Below are positions 48,691 through 58,998 of a stretch of DNA of 64,000 nucleotides, one piece after another. Origin of the DNA: an uncultured Bacteroidaceae bacterium (GTDB taxonomy: Bacteria; CAIWAD01); NCBI GenBank assembly GCA_964345075.1, contig CAYFPS010000007.1:50214-114213 (forward strand), written 5' to 3'. The position numbers were made by a program, and so were the translations under genes. Each line of letters starts with the position of its first letter. Positions within the stretch are counted from its first letter, which is position 1. The notes under the pieces were generated by a model that worked only from the letters and a program-made list of their open reading frames with translations, searched no databases and was not told the DNA's origin.

Positions 48691-49142
48691 GCCTTGCCTC
48701 CTGTGGCTTGAAAGGCCAGCGCATAGAGCTTGATCTGCTTCAGCATGGCCGCCAGACCATTGGCTCTGGTTGGCGAAAGATGGGCTCCCAGACCGATCGC
48801 TTCCACGAAATCAGGCTTCAGGGTGAGCAGTTCAGCGGGTGTACGATCGCTGTAGACTTCCAGGACAAGTGCCACAATGCCCTTGACGATCAAGGCATCG
48901 GAATCGGCACTGAAGGTGACTTTTCCCGCTTCCAAACGGGGCTTGAGCCAGACCTGTGACTGGCAACCCTTGAGCTTGAAGCGCTCGTCCCTCTCGGCTT
49001 CTGCCATCCCCTGAAGTGCGCTGCCCATTCGGATCAGTTCTTCATAGCGGGCTTCCCAGTCTTCCAGGGCCGTAAAACGATCGACGATCGCCTGCTGTCG
49101 AGTATCCATGAGATTCCTTTTCTGATCCTTGGAATATGGCAA
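48687..49142 (-). CDS. sufE: SufE-like sulfur acceptor protein
   Basis: ...RFKLKGCQSQVWL... conserved Cys context. Confidence 0.75.
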   Translation of the reverse strand: MPYSKDQKRNLMDTRQQAIVDRFTALEDWEARYEELIRMGSALQGMAEAERDERFKLKGCQSQVWLKPRLEAGKVTFSADSDALIVKGIVALVLEVYSDRTPAELLTLKPDFVEAIGLGAHLSPTRANGLAAMLKQIKLYALAFQATGGKA

Positions 49143-49213
49143 TTGAAGCCGGCGGCCGGCAGCTTGCTGCTGGCAATTGCTACACTCGAAAGCTTGAAAA
49201 AGATGGAGTCAGC

Positions 49214-49603
49214 ATGAGTGGACTGGAACACCTGAAGGTCATTGGCGACCGTGTCCTGATTCTGCCCGACAGCGGTCAACAGCGGACCAGTTCGGGCCTT
49301 TACCTGCCGCCAAGTGTCAGCGAACGGGAGAAAGTGCAGGGCGGGACGGTTGTGGCAGTCGGCCCGGGAACGGCCCTGCCCGAACCGGATGGTGACAGTG
49401 AACCCTGGCAACAGAACCGCCGGGCCATCCGCTACCTGCCGATGGAAGTGGAGGTGGGCGACTACGCTCTATTCCTGAAGAAGTCGGCCATCGAAATCAA
49501 ATACGGTGAGCAGCTCTATCAGATTGTCCCGCTGGCGGGCATCCTTGTTGTCGAGCGCGATGAGCAGGATCCGGGCATCGAAGACCTGCTGAAATCCAGC
49601 TGA
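49214..49603 (+). CDS. GroES/Cpn10-family protein with ~20-aa insertion and acidic C-terminal tail; no adjacent groEL
   Basis: LKVIGDRVLILP...SSGLYLP...GTVVAVGPG...VEVGDYALF. Start trimmed from track ORF 49136..49603. Confidence 0.65.
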   Translation: MSGLEHLKVIGDRVLILPDSGQQRTSSGLYLPPSVSEREKVQGGTVVAVGPGTALPEPDGDSEPWQQNRRAIRYLPMEVEVGDYALFLKKSAIEIKYGEQLYQIVPLAGILVVERDEQDPGIEDLLKSS

Positions 49604-49605
49604 AT

Positions 49606-50604
49606 TCAGACTAGCTGGTCCAGACTGCCGCCGTCCATTTCGTCTTCATGGAAAATCGCGATCCCGTAGCGCCCACTAGCCGGATCGATCCAGCCGCGAT
49701 ACATGCCCTCCGTATCCGCAGCCAGCAGGCCTTCACCCTTATGGTTGATGCAGACCACTCCGCCGTGTCCGCCGCGCTCCTCCAGAATGGCAAAGGCCGC
49801 GTCAACCGCCTCCGGAAGGGACTGGCCAAGCAGGCGTACGCGCGCTTCAACCTCGTGGGCCAGCGCCGCTCGAATGATGTTTTCACCATCGCCGGTTGCT
49901 GACAGGGCAAGGCTGCGGCTGTCCGCCCAGGTGCCGGCCCCGATACAGGGTGAATCACCAATTCTGCCGGGCCGCTTGAAGTTCATTCCACCAGTAGAAG
50001 TTGCTGCAGCCAGTGCGCCATTTGTATCACGGGCAACGGCTCCGACGGTACCCTTCTCCAGACCCAGTTCGGCCTCGGCTTCGTGATCCAGTCTGGCACG
50101 GCCCTTTTTAAGCGCTGCCACATGCTGGGCGAGACGATCGGGTGTGTGGAACCAGTCGTTCTCACAAAGCTCGTGTCCTTTTGAGGCAAGCCATTCTTCA
50201 ACAGCTGACCCTTCCGCAAAGACACGCCCCTCGTCCATCAGACGGCGGGCGGCCAGAATCGGATTGCGCAGGCGACGACTACAACACAGCGCGCCACTGG
50301 CCCGTGTATCACCGTCCATGATCGAGGCATCCATCTCTACATGGCCTTCGCTGTTCAGCACGCTGCCGCGACCGGCGTTAAACAGCGGGTACTCCTCCAG
50401 CGCCTCTACGGCGGAACAGATCGCATTTACCGCTGTGCCCCCGGCAGCCAGGACTTTCCAGCCTGCAGCCAGCGAGCGGCGAATACCCTCAACCCTGCCC
50501 AGCCGCAGTTCCTCGCTCAGGACATCTGCCCGGATTGCGCCCGCACCACCATGAACCAGCAGGAGGGGCCCACCGGCTGCCATCACTTCCTTGCGCAATT
50601 TCAC
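49606..50604 (-). CDS. Isoaspartyl peptidase / plant-type L-asparaginase (Ntn hydrolase)
   Basis: LLVHGGAG...GTVGAVARD... Confidence 0.8.
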   Translation of the reverse strand: MKLRKEVMAAGGPLLLVHGGAGAIRADVLSEELRLGRVEGIRRSLAAGWKVLAAGGTAVNAICSAVEALEEYPLFNAGRGSVLNSEGHVEMDASIMDGDTRASGALCCSRRLRNPILAARRLMDEGRVFAEGSAVEEWLASKGHELCENDWFHTPDRLAQHVAALKKGRARLDHEAEAELGLEKGTVGAVARDTNGALAAATSTGGMNFKRPGRIGDSPCIGAGTWADSRSLALSATGDGENIIRAALAHEVEARVRLLGQSLPEAVDAAFAILEERGGHGGVVCINHKGEGLLAADTEGMYRGWIDPASGRYGIAIFHEDEMDGGSLDQLV

Positions 50605-51776
50605 TCGCTTGATCCTTTCCGGGAAGCGTCCACAAGATTGACCACAAGCTCTTCCAGCAGGCGTGTGGCATAGCTGCCGGCAGGGAGCTCAAAGGCCAAC
50701 AGCAGTTGATCCTCACATTGCCATTCATGCATGGCATTCAAGGGCCGCACACGCAGTGGACGGTGTGAGCCCGGAGCCTTTTTCCCCAGACGGGAAAAGG
50801 CCTCATGCTCCAGGCCAAAATCCTGGAGAGCGCGCTCCTCAAGCGCATGGGCATAGCTGCCTGCCTGTTTGCGCGTTTTACTGCCAGGCAGGGTGGCTGT
50901 CAGTTCGACTTCGCCAGCATTCAACCTGGCCTGCTCAGCAGCTTCGTCTTCGCAGCAGAAAAGGCCACTTGTATCACGGCGCCTGAGCCAGTCGCCCTGC
51001 CTGACGGTCTGCTCCAGACCATCATCGCGCCTTTTGAGCACCTGCAAATTGAAAATCGCCGACTGCAAGGCACTGAGCATCAGGTCGCCGGGTCGCAGGC
51101 GCTTTGGCTGGGCCAGCCGGGCAAGCCCGCGCCGCACATTGTCTCCCTGGTAACCGAAGCGCTGGCTACCAAAGACATTGGCAAAACCTGATTGGGCAAG
51201 CTCATCAAATCGCGCAGCAAAGGCCTTCCTGTCCGGACAGTCCACCCCGCGCAGCAACAGGCGAAAGGCATTGCCCTTCAGATGGCCGCGCCTGAGCTTG
51301 TGACTGTGCGCCTGGGCAGGGCCCAGTTCGATGGCCTCATGCTGAAAACCGGCAAGTGCAGCCTGACAGGAAGCCGGAAGACTGATTGTCTGCTCGGTAA
51401 TGGCGTGCCTGTCCTTCAGGCCCGCACTGCCAATCTCGCGCGCATCGATCCCGAGTCCTGCCGCCACCTGTCTGATAGCCCAGTCCGTGTTACAATCCAC
51501 CAGTCGCATTCGTAGCAGCAGGTGGCCATCAGCCACACCATCGGCTTCATAGGCAGGAATCTCATCCACCATGAAATCAGCGGACTGATCGCGGTAATGC
51601 GCCTGCAATAAAGGCTGCGCGCCAGCCGCACCGGGTGATGTCGCCCGGATCAGGACTTCTTCAACAGGCTGTTCGTCGTGATTCATGGGCTTCCCTTCGT
51701 TGAACAGGCAAAGGTAAGGATTCCTGTCTTGCTTCATTTCGAGAATATTTGCATATTTTGCGAAATGTCTAAACAA
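50601..51776 (-). CDS. truD: tRNA pseudouridine(13) synthase
   Basis: TruD-family motifs (GLKDRHA...). N-terminal boundary uncertain. Confidence 0.75.
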   Translation of the reverse strand: MFRHFAKYANILEMKQDRNPYLCLFNEGKPMNHDEQPVEEVLIRATSPGAAGAQPLLQAHYRDQSADFMVDEIPAYEADGVADGHLLLRMRLVDCNTDWAIRQVAAGLGIDAREIGSAGLKDRHAITEQTISLPASCQAALAGFQHEAIELGPAQAHSHKLRRGHLKGNAFRLLLRGVDCPDRKAFAARFDELAQSGFANVFGSQRFGYQGDNVRRGLARLAQPKRLRPGDLMLSALQSAIFNLQVLKRRDDGLEQTVRQGDWLRRRDTSGLFCCEDEAAEQARLNAGEVELTATLPGSKTRKQAGSYAHALEERALQDFGLEHEAFSRLGKKAPGSHRPLRVRPLNAMHEWQCEDQLLLAFELPAGSYATRLLEELVVNLVDASRKGSSE

Positions 51777-51786
51777 GGAGCCGCCG

Positions 51787-52119
51787 ATGGACCTTCTCAG
51801 AAAGCGCTTTCTCGCACTGGCCGATGGCTCAAGACTGCTGGCTCTCCTGCTGCTTGAGGCCGAAGGCGAGCTCTGCCTCTGTCAGTTGCAGGAAGTCCTC
51901 GACCTGGCCCCCTCTACGGTATCACGCCACATGCAGCTGCTCAAGGACACGGGCTTTGTCAGCAGCAGGAAGGACGGCCGCTGGGTCCATTTTCGCCTGC
52001 AGCCGGAGCTTGATCAGCGCTGGCTGGAGCTGATTCACGACGACAAGGCCGCAAGGCGATTGCTCAAGGAAAAGCGTCTGGCCCTGAAGGCTGGCACATG
52101 TATCACGGGAGTATCCTGA
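51787..52119 (+). CDS. arsR: ArsR family metalloregulator
   Basis: ELCLCQL metal-binding motif in the HTH. Confidence 0.85.
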   Translation: MDLLRKRFLALADGSRLLALLLLEAEGELCLCQLQEVLDLAPSTVSRHMQLLKDTGFVSSRKDGRWVHFRLQPELDQRWLELIHDDKAARRLLKEKRLALKAGTCITGVS

Positions 52120-53384
52120 TGACAAAAGCACGTATTCTCGTTCTCTGCACAGGGAACTCTTGCAGAAGCCTTATGGCGGAAAGCTGGCTCAAGCGACTTT
52201 TGGGCGATGCCGCCCATGTGGAGTCGGCAGGCATTCTGGCAAAGGGGCCGGATCCGCTTGCCTTAAGAGTGCTTGAGGAAGCCGGCTTTGAGACAAAAAA
52301 CCTTGCAAGCACGCGAGTGGCCGAGATTGATCAGGCGGGAATCGATCTCGTCCTGACCGTGTGTGACAATGCCCGCGAGACCTGTCCTGTCTTGCCCGGG
52401 ACACCAAAGGCGCTCCATCACGCATTTGATGACCCGCCAGCACTAACCAGGGGCATGCCTGAAGATGAAGCCATAGGCGTGTACCGACGTGTCCGCGATG
52501 AGATCGGCGAATTCTGCAAAACACTCAGTCAATCCCGGGAGATGACCTATCTGCTGGGGCTTAAGGCCGACAAGCAGGATGTGGAGCTGCTGGCAGCCGA
52601 CGAACTGCGGGATCGCGTGCGACAGGCCTATGCGGGTGCGCTGGCCAGGACGCTGGGCGGCAGCTGCTGTGGAGATGGCCCTGCCGTGTCCAGCTGCTGT
52701 GGTAACAGTCAGCCGGCCGATGCCAGTCTGGCCATGGGCTACAGTCAGGAAGAACTGGCGGGGATGGAGGATGCCAACCTTGGATTCGGTTGCGGCAATC
52801 CGCAGGCCATTGCCGAGCTGAAGTCCGGTGAAGTTGTGCTGGATCTGGGCAGCGGTGCCGGTTTCGATTGCTTTCTGGCAGCCCGGCAGGTGGGTGATAC
52901 AGGTCGTGTCATCGGTGTGGACATGACACCGGACATGATCAGTCGCGCCCGGCAGACTGCCCGCGAAGGCGGTTGGGCCAACACGGAGTTCCGCCTGGGC
53001 GAAATCGAGCATATTCCGGCGGCGGACAATTCCGTGGATGTGATCATGTCCAACTGCGTGATCAATCTGAGCCCGGACAAGGCGGCGGTCTTTCGCGAGG
53101 CCTGGCGTGTGCTGAAGCCCGGTGGCCGTCTGGCCATTTCCGATATCGTTGCGCTGAATGCGCTGCCGCAGGAGCTTAAGGAAAACCTCGATGCCTGGTG
53201 CGGGTGCGTCTCCGGTGCTACACAGATGGATGAGCTGGGCGAACTGATGGAAGCAGCGGGCTTTCAGGATGTGCTGATCCTGCCCAGGGCCGAGAGCCGC
53301 GAGATGATCGCTCAGTGGTTCCCTGGCAGCGGTGCCGAAGGCCATGTGGCCAGTGCAATCATCAAGGCGAGGAAGGCAGAATGA
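52119..53384 (+). CDS. Fusion: LMW-PTP-type arsenate reductase (ArsC) plus As(III) S-adenosylmethionine methyltransferase (ArsM)
   Basis: N-terminal [11 protein letters not shown]; linker [15 protein letters not shown]; SAM-MTase [16 protein letters not shown] stop/start overlap with arsR. Confidence 0.75.
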   Translation: MTKARILVLCTGNSCRSLMAESWLKRLLGDAAHVESAGILAKGPDPLALRVLEEAGFETKNLASTRVAEIDQAGIDLVLTVCDNARETCPVLPGTPKALHHAFDDPPALTRGMPEDEAIGVYRRVRDEIGEFCKTLSQSREMTYLLGLKADKQDVELLAADELRDRVRQAYAGALARTLGGSCCGDGPAVSSCCGNSQPADASLAMGYSQEELAGMEDANLGFGCGNPQAIAELKSGEVVLDLGSGAGFDCFLAARQVGDTGRVIGVDMTPDMISRARQTAREGGWANTEFRLGEIEHIPAADNSVDVIMSNCVINLSPDKAAVFREAWRVLKPGGRLAISDIVALNALPQELKENLDAWCGCVSGATQMDELGELMEAAGFQDVLILPRAESREMIAQWFPGSGAEGHVASAIIKARKAE

Positions 53385-54397
53385 AACGGTTGGCTTTTCT
53401 TGATCGCTTTCTGACCCTCTGGATTTTTGCCGCCATGCTGGCCGGCCTGCTGCTTGGTCTGGTCTTCCCCGGCTTTGGCGACTGGCTCAACACAATGAGC
53501 ATCGGTAGCACCAATCTGCCCATTGCCATCGGCCTGATCCTGATGATGTATCCGCCACTGGCCCGTGTCCGCTATGAACGGCTGCCGGATATCTTCCGCG
53601 AGCCGCGCCTGCTGGGCCTTAGCCTTCTGCAGAACTGGTTGATCGGCCCAGTGCTGATGTTCGCGCTGGCCCTGCTCTTTTTGCGTGATACACCCGAGTA
53701 CATGATCGGACTGATTCTGATTGGTCTGGCCCGCTGCATCGCCATGGTCATTGTCTGGAATGATCTGGCCGACGGCGATCCTGAAACCTGCGCGGGCCTG
53801 GTGGCCTTCAACAGTCTGTTTCAGGTGGTGAGCTACTCTTTCTTCGCCTGGGTTTTTCTGGCTGTCCTGCCGCCGATCTTCGGGATGAAAGCCGTGCTGG
53901 TGGACATTTCCATCGGCGATATTGCCTTGAGCGTCTTCATCTACCTCGGCATTCCCTTCCTTGCAGGGCTTGTAACACGGGCTGGCCTGATTCGTGTCAA
54001 GGGAGAAGCCTGGTTTCTCAGCCAGTTCATGCCCCGCATCAGCCCCCTGACGCTGATCGCCCTGCTGTTCACGATTGTGATGATGTTCAGCCTGAAGGGC
54101 GGCGAGATGCTCAGGCTGCCGCTGGACGTGCTACGCATTGCCCTGCCGCTTCTGATCTATTTCGTCCTGATGTTCTTCCTCTCGCTCTTTCTTTCGAAGC
54201 AGCTGGGGATTGAGCGCAGCAGGACGATTTCCTTGAGCTTCACCGCAGCCTCCAACAATTTCGAGCTGGCCATCGCGGTAGCCATCGGCTCCTTTGGCCT
54301 GGCTCATGGCGCGTCCTTTGCCGCCGTGATCGGACCCTTGGTGGAAGTGCCTGTGCTCATTCTGCTGGTCTCGATTGTCAGACGCATGCGCTTCTAG
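53381..54397 (+). CDS. ACR3 family arsenite efflux transporter
   Basis: 10 TM, ACR3-like. ATGA overlap with the preceding stop. Confidence 0.8.
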   Translation: MKRLAFLDRFLTLWIFAAMLAGLLLGLVFPGFGDWLNTMSIGSTNLPIAIGLILMMYPPLARVRYERLPDIFREPRLLGLSLLQNWLIGPVLMFALALLFLRDTPEYMIGLILIGLARCIAMVIVWNDLADGDPETCAGLVAFNSLFQVVSYSFFAWVFLAVLPPIFGMKAVLVDISIGDIALSVFIYLGIPFLAGLVTRAGLIRVKGEAWFLSQFMPRISPLTLIALLFTIVMMFSLKGGEMLRLPLDVLRIALPLLIYFVLMFFLSLFLSKQLGIERSRTISLSFTAASNNFELAIAVAIGSFGLAHGASFAAVIGPLVEVPVLILLVSIVRRMRF

Positions 54398-54425
54398 TTT
54401 GTAGACGGACACGCATCGACCAAGC

Positions 54426-54457
54426 AAAAACCCCGCCAAATTGGCGGGGTTTTCTTT
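54426..54457. terminator. Bidirectional terminator between ACR3 and prpD (aaaaaCCCCGCCaaattGGCGGGGttttcttt)
   Basis: GC stem flanked by A- and T-tracts. Confidence 0.8.
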
Positions 54458-54471
54458 GAATCCGGATACGA

Positions 54472-55851
54472 CTAGAAGCGCAGCGCTTCCATGAAGTCGC
54501 GACAGCTCATTGTATCACAACTGAAGATTGCCTGCTTGACCCGGGCACGAGCAGCATCGTCCAGAAGGCCTGCAGAAAGGCCACCGAACTTGGCGTCGAG
54601 GTCCTCTTCGGTCATGGGCTCACGGGGATCGCCCTTGGGATATTCCAGGTATTCCTCGACTTCACGGCCGTCCCTGGCCTTGATGCGAACACGACTGGGC
54701 TGCTTGGCCGGGAACATCTGCTCGAACTCAAGGCTCGCCTCGCCCTTGATGCGGTCAATCACTTCACGAATCGCCGGATCCTGAATCTTCTCATCGGCGA
54801 AACTTGCCGTGGTGATCTTGCCGTCAACGATGGCTGCAGCAATGCAGTAGGGCAGGCTGTGATCGGCGGTTTCCCGGCTTTCAGGCCGGTACTTGTGCGG
54901 ATCAAACAGGATGTCGCAGGCGCGTGCGATGGTCGTGACCGTCACTTCTTCCACATCCTGCCAGACAAGCCCGCCCTTTTTCATGCACTTGAGCGTAGCC
55001 GAGAGATGGGTGTGCGTCAGGGCTTCCGTCGGGAAGGCCTTCATGCCGCATTCCAGAATCTTCCAGGGGCGTCCGCCTTCCGTTCCCGGAAAAGCACCCA
55101 GCAGGGCGTCTTCATCCCAGCCTTCACCAAAGCAGTGCTGGAAACCCTCCTTGCCCTCGAAGACGGCCTCGGTTCCCGTGTAGCCGTGGCTGGCCATCAT
55201 GGCGGCAAAGACGCCTGCCTGCGTGGCCATGGGATCCACCGTGTTCTTCATCATGGTGAGCTTGCCAGCTGTCGGGCAACCAATGGTGTGACTGTGGCAG
55301 CCGGAAATACCAATAGCATTGACCAGCTGATCCTCATTAAGACCAAGCAGAACGCCGGCCGCAATCGGGCTGACGAACTGGGTCAGAGTGGCATGATGCC
55401 ATCCGCGCTCGCGCACGCCGGGAGTGGCAAAGAGGCAGAGGCGCATTTCGAATTCGTAGGCCAGAGCAATGGCCACGATCACGTCCTTCATGGAAGCACC
55501 GGCCATTTCACCAGCTGCCAGAGCGGCGGGAATCAAATCGGAAGGATGACTGGGATCTTCCTTCCAGTAGATATCATTGAAGTCCAGCGCGCGAATCATC
55601 AGGCTGTTGACCAGACTCGCGTTGACACCTGGCATGCGATCGCCAAAACCGATCAGGGTTGCCTCTTCCTTGCCACCCAGATCGCAGTAAATGCCCTTGA
55701 GTGCCGTGACGTCCTTTGTCTTGACGCTGCCATAGGCGCATCCCACACTGTCGTAGAGATAGCGCTTGACTTCGTGTACGACCTCGGCGGGAAGGTCTTC
55801 GTAGCGCACGCCAAGTGCAAAGCGGGCAATCTGCCTCGAAAAACTGCTCAT
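54472..55851 (-). CDS. prpD: MmgE/PrpD family protein (2-methylcitrate dehydratase-like)
   Basis: Full-length PrpD fold similarity. Confidence 0.75.
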   Translation of the reverse strand: MSSFSRQIARFALGVRYEDLPAEVVHEVKRYLYDSVGCAYGSVKTKDVTALKGIYCDLGGKEEATLIGFGDRMPGVNASLVNSLMIRALDFNDIYWKEDPSHPSDLIPAALAAGEMAGASMKDVIVAIALAYEFEMRLCLFATPGVRERGWHHATLTQFVSPIAAGVLLGLNEDQLVNAIGISGCHSHTIGCPTAGKLTMMKNTVDPMATQAGVFAAMMASHGYTGTEAVFEGKEGFQHCFGEGWDEDALLGAFPGTEGGRPWKILECGMKAFPTEALTHTHLSATLKCMKKGGLVWQDVEEVTVTTIARACDILFDPHKYRPESRETADHSLPYCIAAAIVDGKITTASFADEKIQDPAIREVIDRIKGEASLEFEQMFPAKQPSRVRIKARDGREVEEYLEYPKGDPREPMTEEDLDAKFGGLSAGLLDDAARARVKQAIFSCDTMSCRDFMEALRF

Positions 55852-55929
55852 GAATGCTCACCCATTTTGTCTGTTGTTGACCGGATCAAGGTAGCAAAGG
55901 GGCTTTCTATGAAAAGCCGCCGTGATACA

Positions 55930-57345
55930 TCAGGGAAGAAAGAGCGCCCTGCCAACGCGCGATTCCGCTTTGCCGCGGGCTTCCAGCAGATAGGTTCCGC
56001 CTGCCCGCTCGCCTGCCTGCCATTGCCAGCTGGCGCGACCATCGGCCTTGAGCAGGTCCACCAATTGTCCCTGCAGATTGTAGACGCGCAGATCACGGGC
56101 AAAGTCAGGTTGCTCCACGTGGAGGCTGCCATTGAAGGGGTTGGGCCAGACGGCCAGCAGATTGCGCGATTCTGGCAGCAGGCCGGGTGCTTCGCCCAGA
56201 TCCAGATCCAGCTGGTAAAGGAAGGCAAGAGCTTCGTCAATGGTGGCTCGCCACAGGCCCCAGGAATGTCCCTCGTGATACATGCGGGCAAAGGTGTTGA
56301 ACTCCTTCTCCTCAAACAGCCCTTCCGCCTCTTCTATCAGTGGCAGCAGCGTTGGAATATCGTAGCTGCCCCAGTTCATGTAGATCTCAAGTGAAGCCTG
56401 CTCCAGCCCGGCAAGCCCGGCAAGCTGTTCCTCAGGCAGATAAGGACTCATCAGAATCAGCCGGTTAAAGTACTGCGGATAGTTGTGCGCGAGCCAGGCC
56501 GAGATATTGCCACCATTGGAGGCACCCATCGAAATCATGTCGGCTGGAATAGCCGGCAAATCCAGACTGTCCACGACCATCGGCAGCACCGTCTCGATCA
56601 GGAACTCGCCAAAAGCCTGCTGCTGCGCGCCCGCGTACTCGGCCGTGCGGTTGACCGGCGGCACACAGACAAAAACCGGCAGTTCCTGATCCGGAGCTTC
56701 ATGTGCAACCCAGGCTGCAACACGGGCGAGCATGGCCAGCTGCAGGTAGTCCTGACCGTCGTGAACCAGACAGAGCTCGCGGTTCTGGCCGAATTCGTAA
56801 TCGGGGGGCAAGAGGATGCGAATGGTCCTGGAATTGTTCAGCTGCGGGCTGTAGACGGAAGTCCAGACCAGAAGATCACCTTCCGGATAGTCGTGATTGC
56901 CAATCTCCACCGGCTGGACATAAGCGCTCATCGCCAGTTCGCTGTTGGGTCCAAAGCCACCGGCACAGGTCGCGGGATTAAGCGGGTCCAGCAGCCAGTC
57001 GCTGCCATTGCGCACGATCTTGTAATCCAGCCGGGCATCGTCTTCACACAGAAGGCGCTTGTACCAGAGCTCGGTGCCGCCAATCTGCACAAAGGCAAGA
57101 TTCGGTTCCCATCCTGTCATATCACCAGCCAGCTGTAATACAGATGCGCTGCCGTGATACAAAAACCAGGCCCGTCCCTGCTCCACTATGGGCGCGCGGT
57201 CGCCAGGCAGATTAGCCAGCAGACTGTCCACCAGAGCCGGACGCTCGGCCATGGGTGTCAGATTGATTTGGCTAAGAAAGTCTTCGAAACCATCGGCCGC
57301 TGCCTGAGCGGCAAGAAAAAGCAATGGAAGGATCAGGCCACGCAT
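55930..57345 (-). CDS. Esterase (enterochelin-esterase-like alpha/beta hydrolase) with type IX secretion C-terminal sorting domain
   Basis: Signal peptide; N-terminal Ig-like; hydrolase core; C-terminal ...YNLQGQLV...GTYLLEARG... (T9SS CTD pattern). Confidence 0.65.
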   Translation of the reverse strand: MRGLILPLLFLAAQAAADGFEDFLSQINLTPMAERPALVDSLLANLPGDRAPIVEQGRAWFLYHGSASVLQLAGDMTGWEPNLAFVQIGGTELWYKRLLCEDDARLDYKIVRNGSDWLLDPLNPATCAGGFGPNSELAMSAYVQPVEIGNHDYPEGDLLVWTSVYSPQLNNSRTIRILLPPDYEFGQNRELCLVHDGQDYLQLAMLARVAAWVAHEAPDQELPVFVCVPPVNRTAEYAGAQQQAFGEFLIETVLPMVVDSLDLPAIPADMISMGASNGGNISAWLAHNYPQYFNRLILMSPYLPEEQLAGLAGLEQASLEIYMNWGSYDIPTLLPLIEEAEGLFEEKEFNTFARMYHEGHSWGLWRATIDEALAFLYQLDLDLGEAPGLLPESRNLLAVWPNPFNGSLHVEQPDFARDLRVYNLQGQLVDLLKADGRASWQWQAGERAGGTYLLEARGKAESRVGRALFLP

Positions 57346-57378
57346 GGTGACTCCCGGGTTGGATTCGGGGGGATTAAC

Positions 57379-58548
57379 TCAAGCGAGATGGATATTAAGC
57401 CGGCGCTGACTCTCGCTACCTTCTGCTCCTTGTATCACGGCAATCCCGGACTCCCTGCTGATGCTGACCACACTGGATGAGCAGTCTTCCGTCGGCAGAA
57501 CGCCATTGCTGAAAACAGGCAGGGGTACTCCATCCGCGGCATGAAACTGGGCCACGCCGATCTGCACAAAGTCCATGTGTCCGTGATCCAGATGAATCAG
57601 TCCGAGAGCCAGGCCCTTGATTGCATCCTTGAAGGTGGCAATCCAGCCTTCGCTCTGCCCGGCGGCATAAGCGGCCAGCAGCCTGTCCAAGATGGTGGAG
57701 GGATTGGCATGCCCGGCCGCCTGCTGTAGAAAGAGGCCGCGCAGCAACAGGAGGTGATTGATGCTGTCCAGCTGCTGGTCCTGCATTTCAATCGCCATCA
57801 GAAAGAACTTGTCACTCTGGCGGGGCCAAAGGTTGATCAGGCGCGCGGCCGGCCCCTGTGAAGGGTGGTGGTCCAGCGCAAGCCTGCCCGGGGCGGGATT
57901 GTCATGCACATCCAGCAAGCGCGCCAGCTGATTCATTCCGCTCAGATTCGACTCGATGGACGGCTGCCCGGAATCCTTGAACTGACGGGCGAGATCAAAG
58001 GCATCACTCAGGCGCAGCTGCAGCTCCACACGCTGCGTGATCGCATGCAGCTTTTCCAGAAGTTCCTTGCCGAAAAAGCGCGGAACATTGGCAGAGAAGT
58101 ACAGCACACCCTTGCGATCCAGGCTGAACCAGGGAATGCGCGCGTTGCTCTTGACGCCTTCGCGCAGGGCGACCTGTGACGAGAGGCTCTGCCCGCGTCT
58201 GGCAAGGTGCTCGGCCATATCGGGAATTGTATCACCGTGTCCGGCCGCGAAAAGCTCGCCCAGACTGGTTTTGTCAAGGGGCATGGCATGAAACTGGTCG
58301 ACAAAAAGGGAAGGGCTGCTGCGGCGGAAACGCACGGGCAGCACAAGACCGTCGGTGCTCAGGTAGCTGATGCCGATGCGAAAGACATGGCCCCCATCCG
58401 GACGTTCTCCCTGCATGATTCGGGCAACTTCGTTGACATGCAGCAGCAGGGCCTGCACAAAATCACCAAGATCCGCTGCTGTGGCCTGTGCGCGATCAAA
58501 GCGCTCGAGTGATGCGCGAATGAGTTCCGTCTTGCGAGTCGAATTCAT
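57379..58548 (-). CDS. Hypothetical protein
   Basis: Long ORF, coding-like composition, terminator upstream; no motif recognised. Confidence 0.5.
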   Translation of the reverse strand: MNSTRKTELIRASLERFDRAQATAADLGDFVQALLLHVNEVARIMQGERPDGGHVFRIGISYLSTDGLVLPVRFRRSSPSLFVDQFHAMPLDKTSLGELFAAGHGDTIPDMAEHLARRGQSLSSQVALREGVKSNARIPWFSLDRKGVLYFSANVPRFFGKELLEKLHAITQRVELQLRLSDAFDLARQFKDSGQPSIESNLSGMNQLARLLDVHDNPAPGRLALDHHPSQGPAARLINLWPRQSDKFFLMAIEMQDQQLDSINHLLLLRGLFLQQAAGHANPSTILDRLLAAYAAGQSEGWIATFKDAIKGLALGLIHLDHGHMDFVQIGVAQFHAADGVPLPVFSNGVLPTEDCSSSVVSISRESGIAVIQGAEGSESQRRLNIHLA

Positions 58549-58549
58549 T

Positions 58550-58573
58550 AAAAAAGGGCCGCCGGAGCGGCCC
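58550..58573 (-). terminator. Intrinsic terminator after the cytochrome c gene (GGGCCGCcggagGCGGCCC + T5 on minus strand)
   Basis: 7-bp GC stem, T-tract on the minus strand. Confidence 0.7.
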
Positions 58574-58581
58574 GCTCCTGA

Positions 58582-58998
58582 TCAGTAGGTGGGCTTGACG
58601 CCAGCCTGCGACATCATGTAATGAATGGCATCGTAGAGGTCGGACTTTTCGCAGTCCATGCACGTGCCCTTGGCAGGCAGCACGCCATAGTTACCCGTGT
58701 AACCATCCCAGGCATGTGTCACAAGCAGGTCCATCTTCTTGGTGGCATTGGCTTCCCAGCGTGCCTTGTCCGTCAGCGCCGCGGCGCCGGCAACACCTGT
58801 CATGTGGCAGGCAAAGCAGTACTTGTCGTAAATGGCCTTGCCGTTGTCCAGGTTCGCCGGAGTGGCCTGAACAGCCGGGGCAGTGGCTTCCGGAGCCTTG
58901 GTGGCGGGCTTGCTTTCGGCAGCAGGCTTGTCACCGCCACCACAACCAACAGCCAGCAAGAGGCTGGCGCACAGGATCAGATTCAGATGCTTGTTCAT
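58582..58998 (-). CDS. c-type cytochrome lipoprotein (class I, c5-like), two haem-binding sites
   Basis: Lipobox LLAVGC; CFACH and CMDCE motifs. Start trimmed to MNKHLNL with AAAGGAAAAG RBS. Track ORF 58582..59028. Confidence 0.7.
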   Translation of the reverse strand: MNKHLNLILCASLLLAVGCGGGDKPAAESKPATKAPEATAPAVQATPANLDNGKAIYDKYCFACHMTGVAGAAALTDKARWEANATKKMDLLVTHAWDGYTGNYGVLPAKGTCMDCEKSDLYDAIHYMMSQAGVKPTY

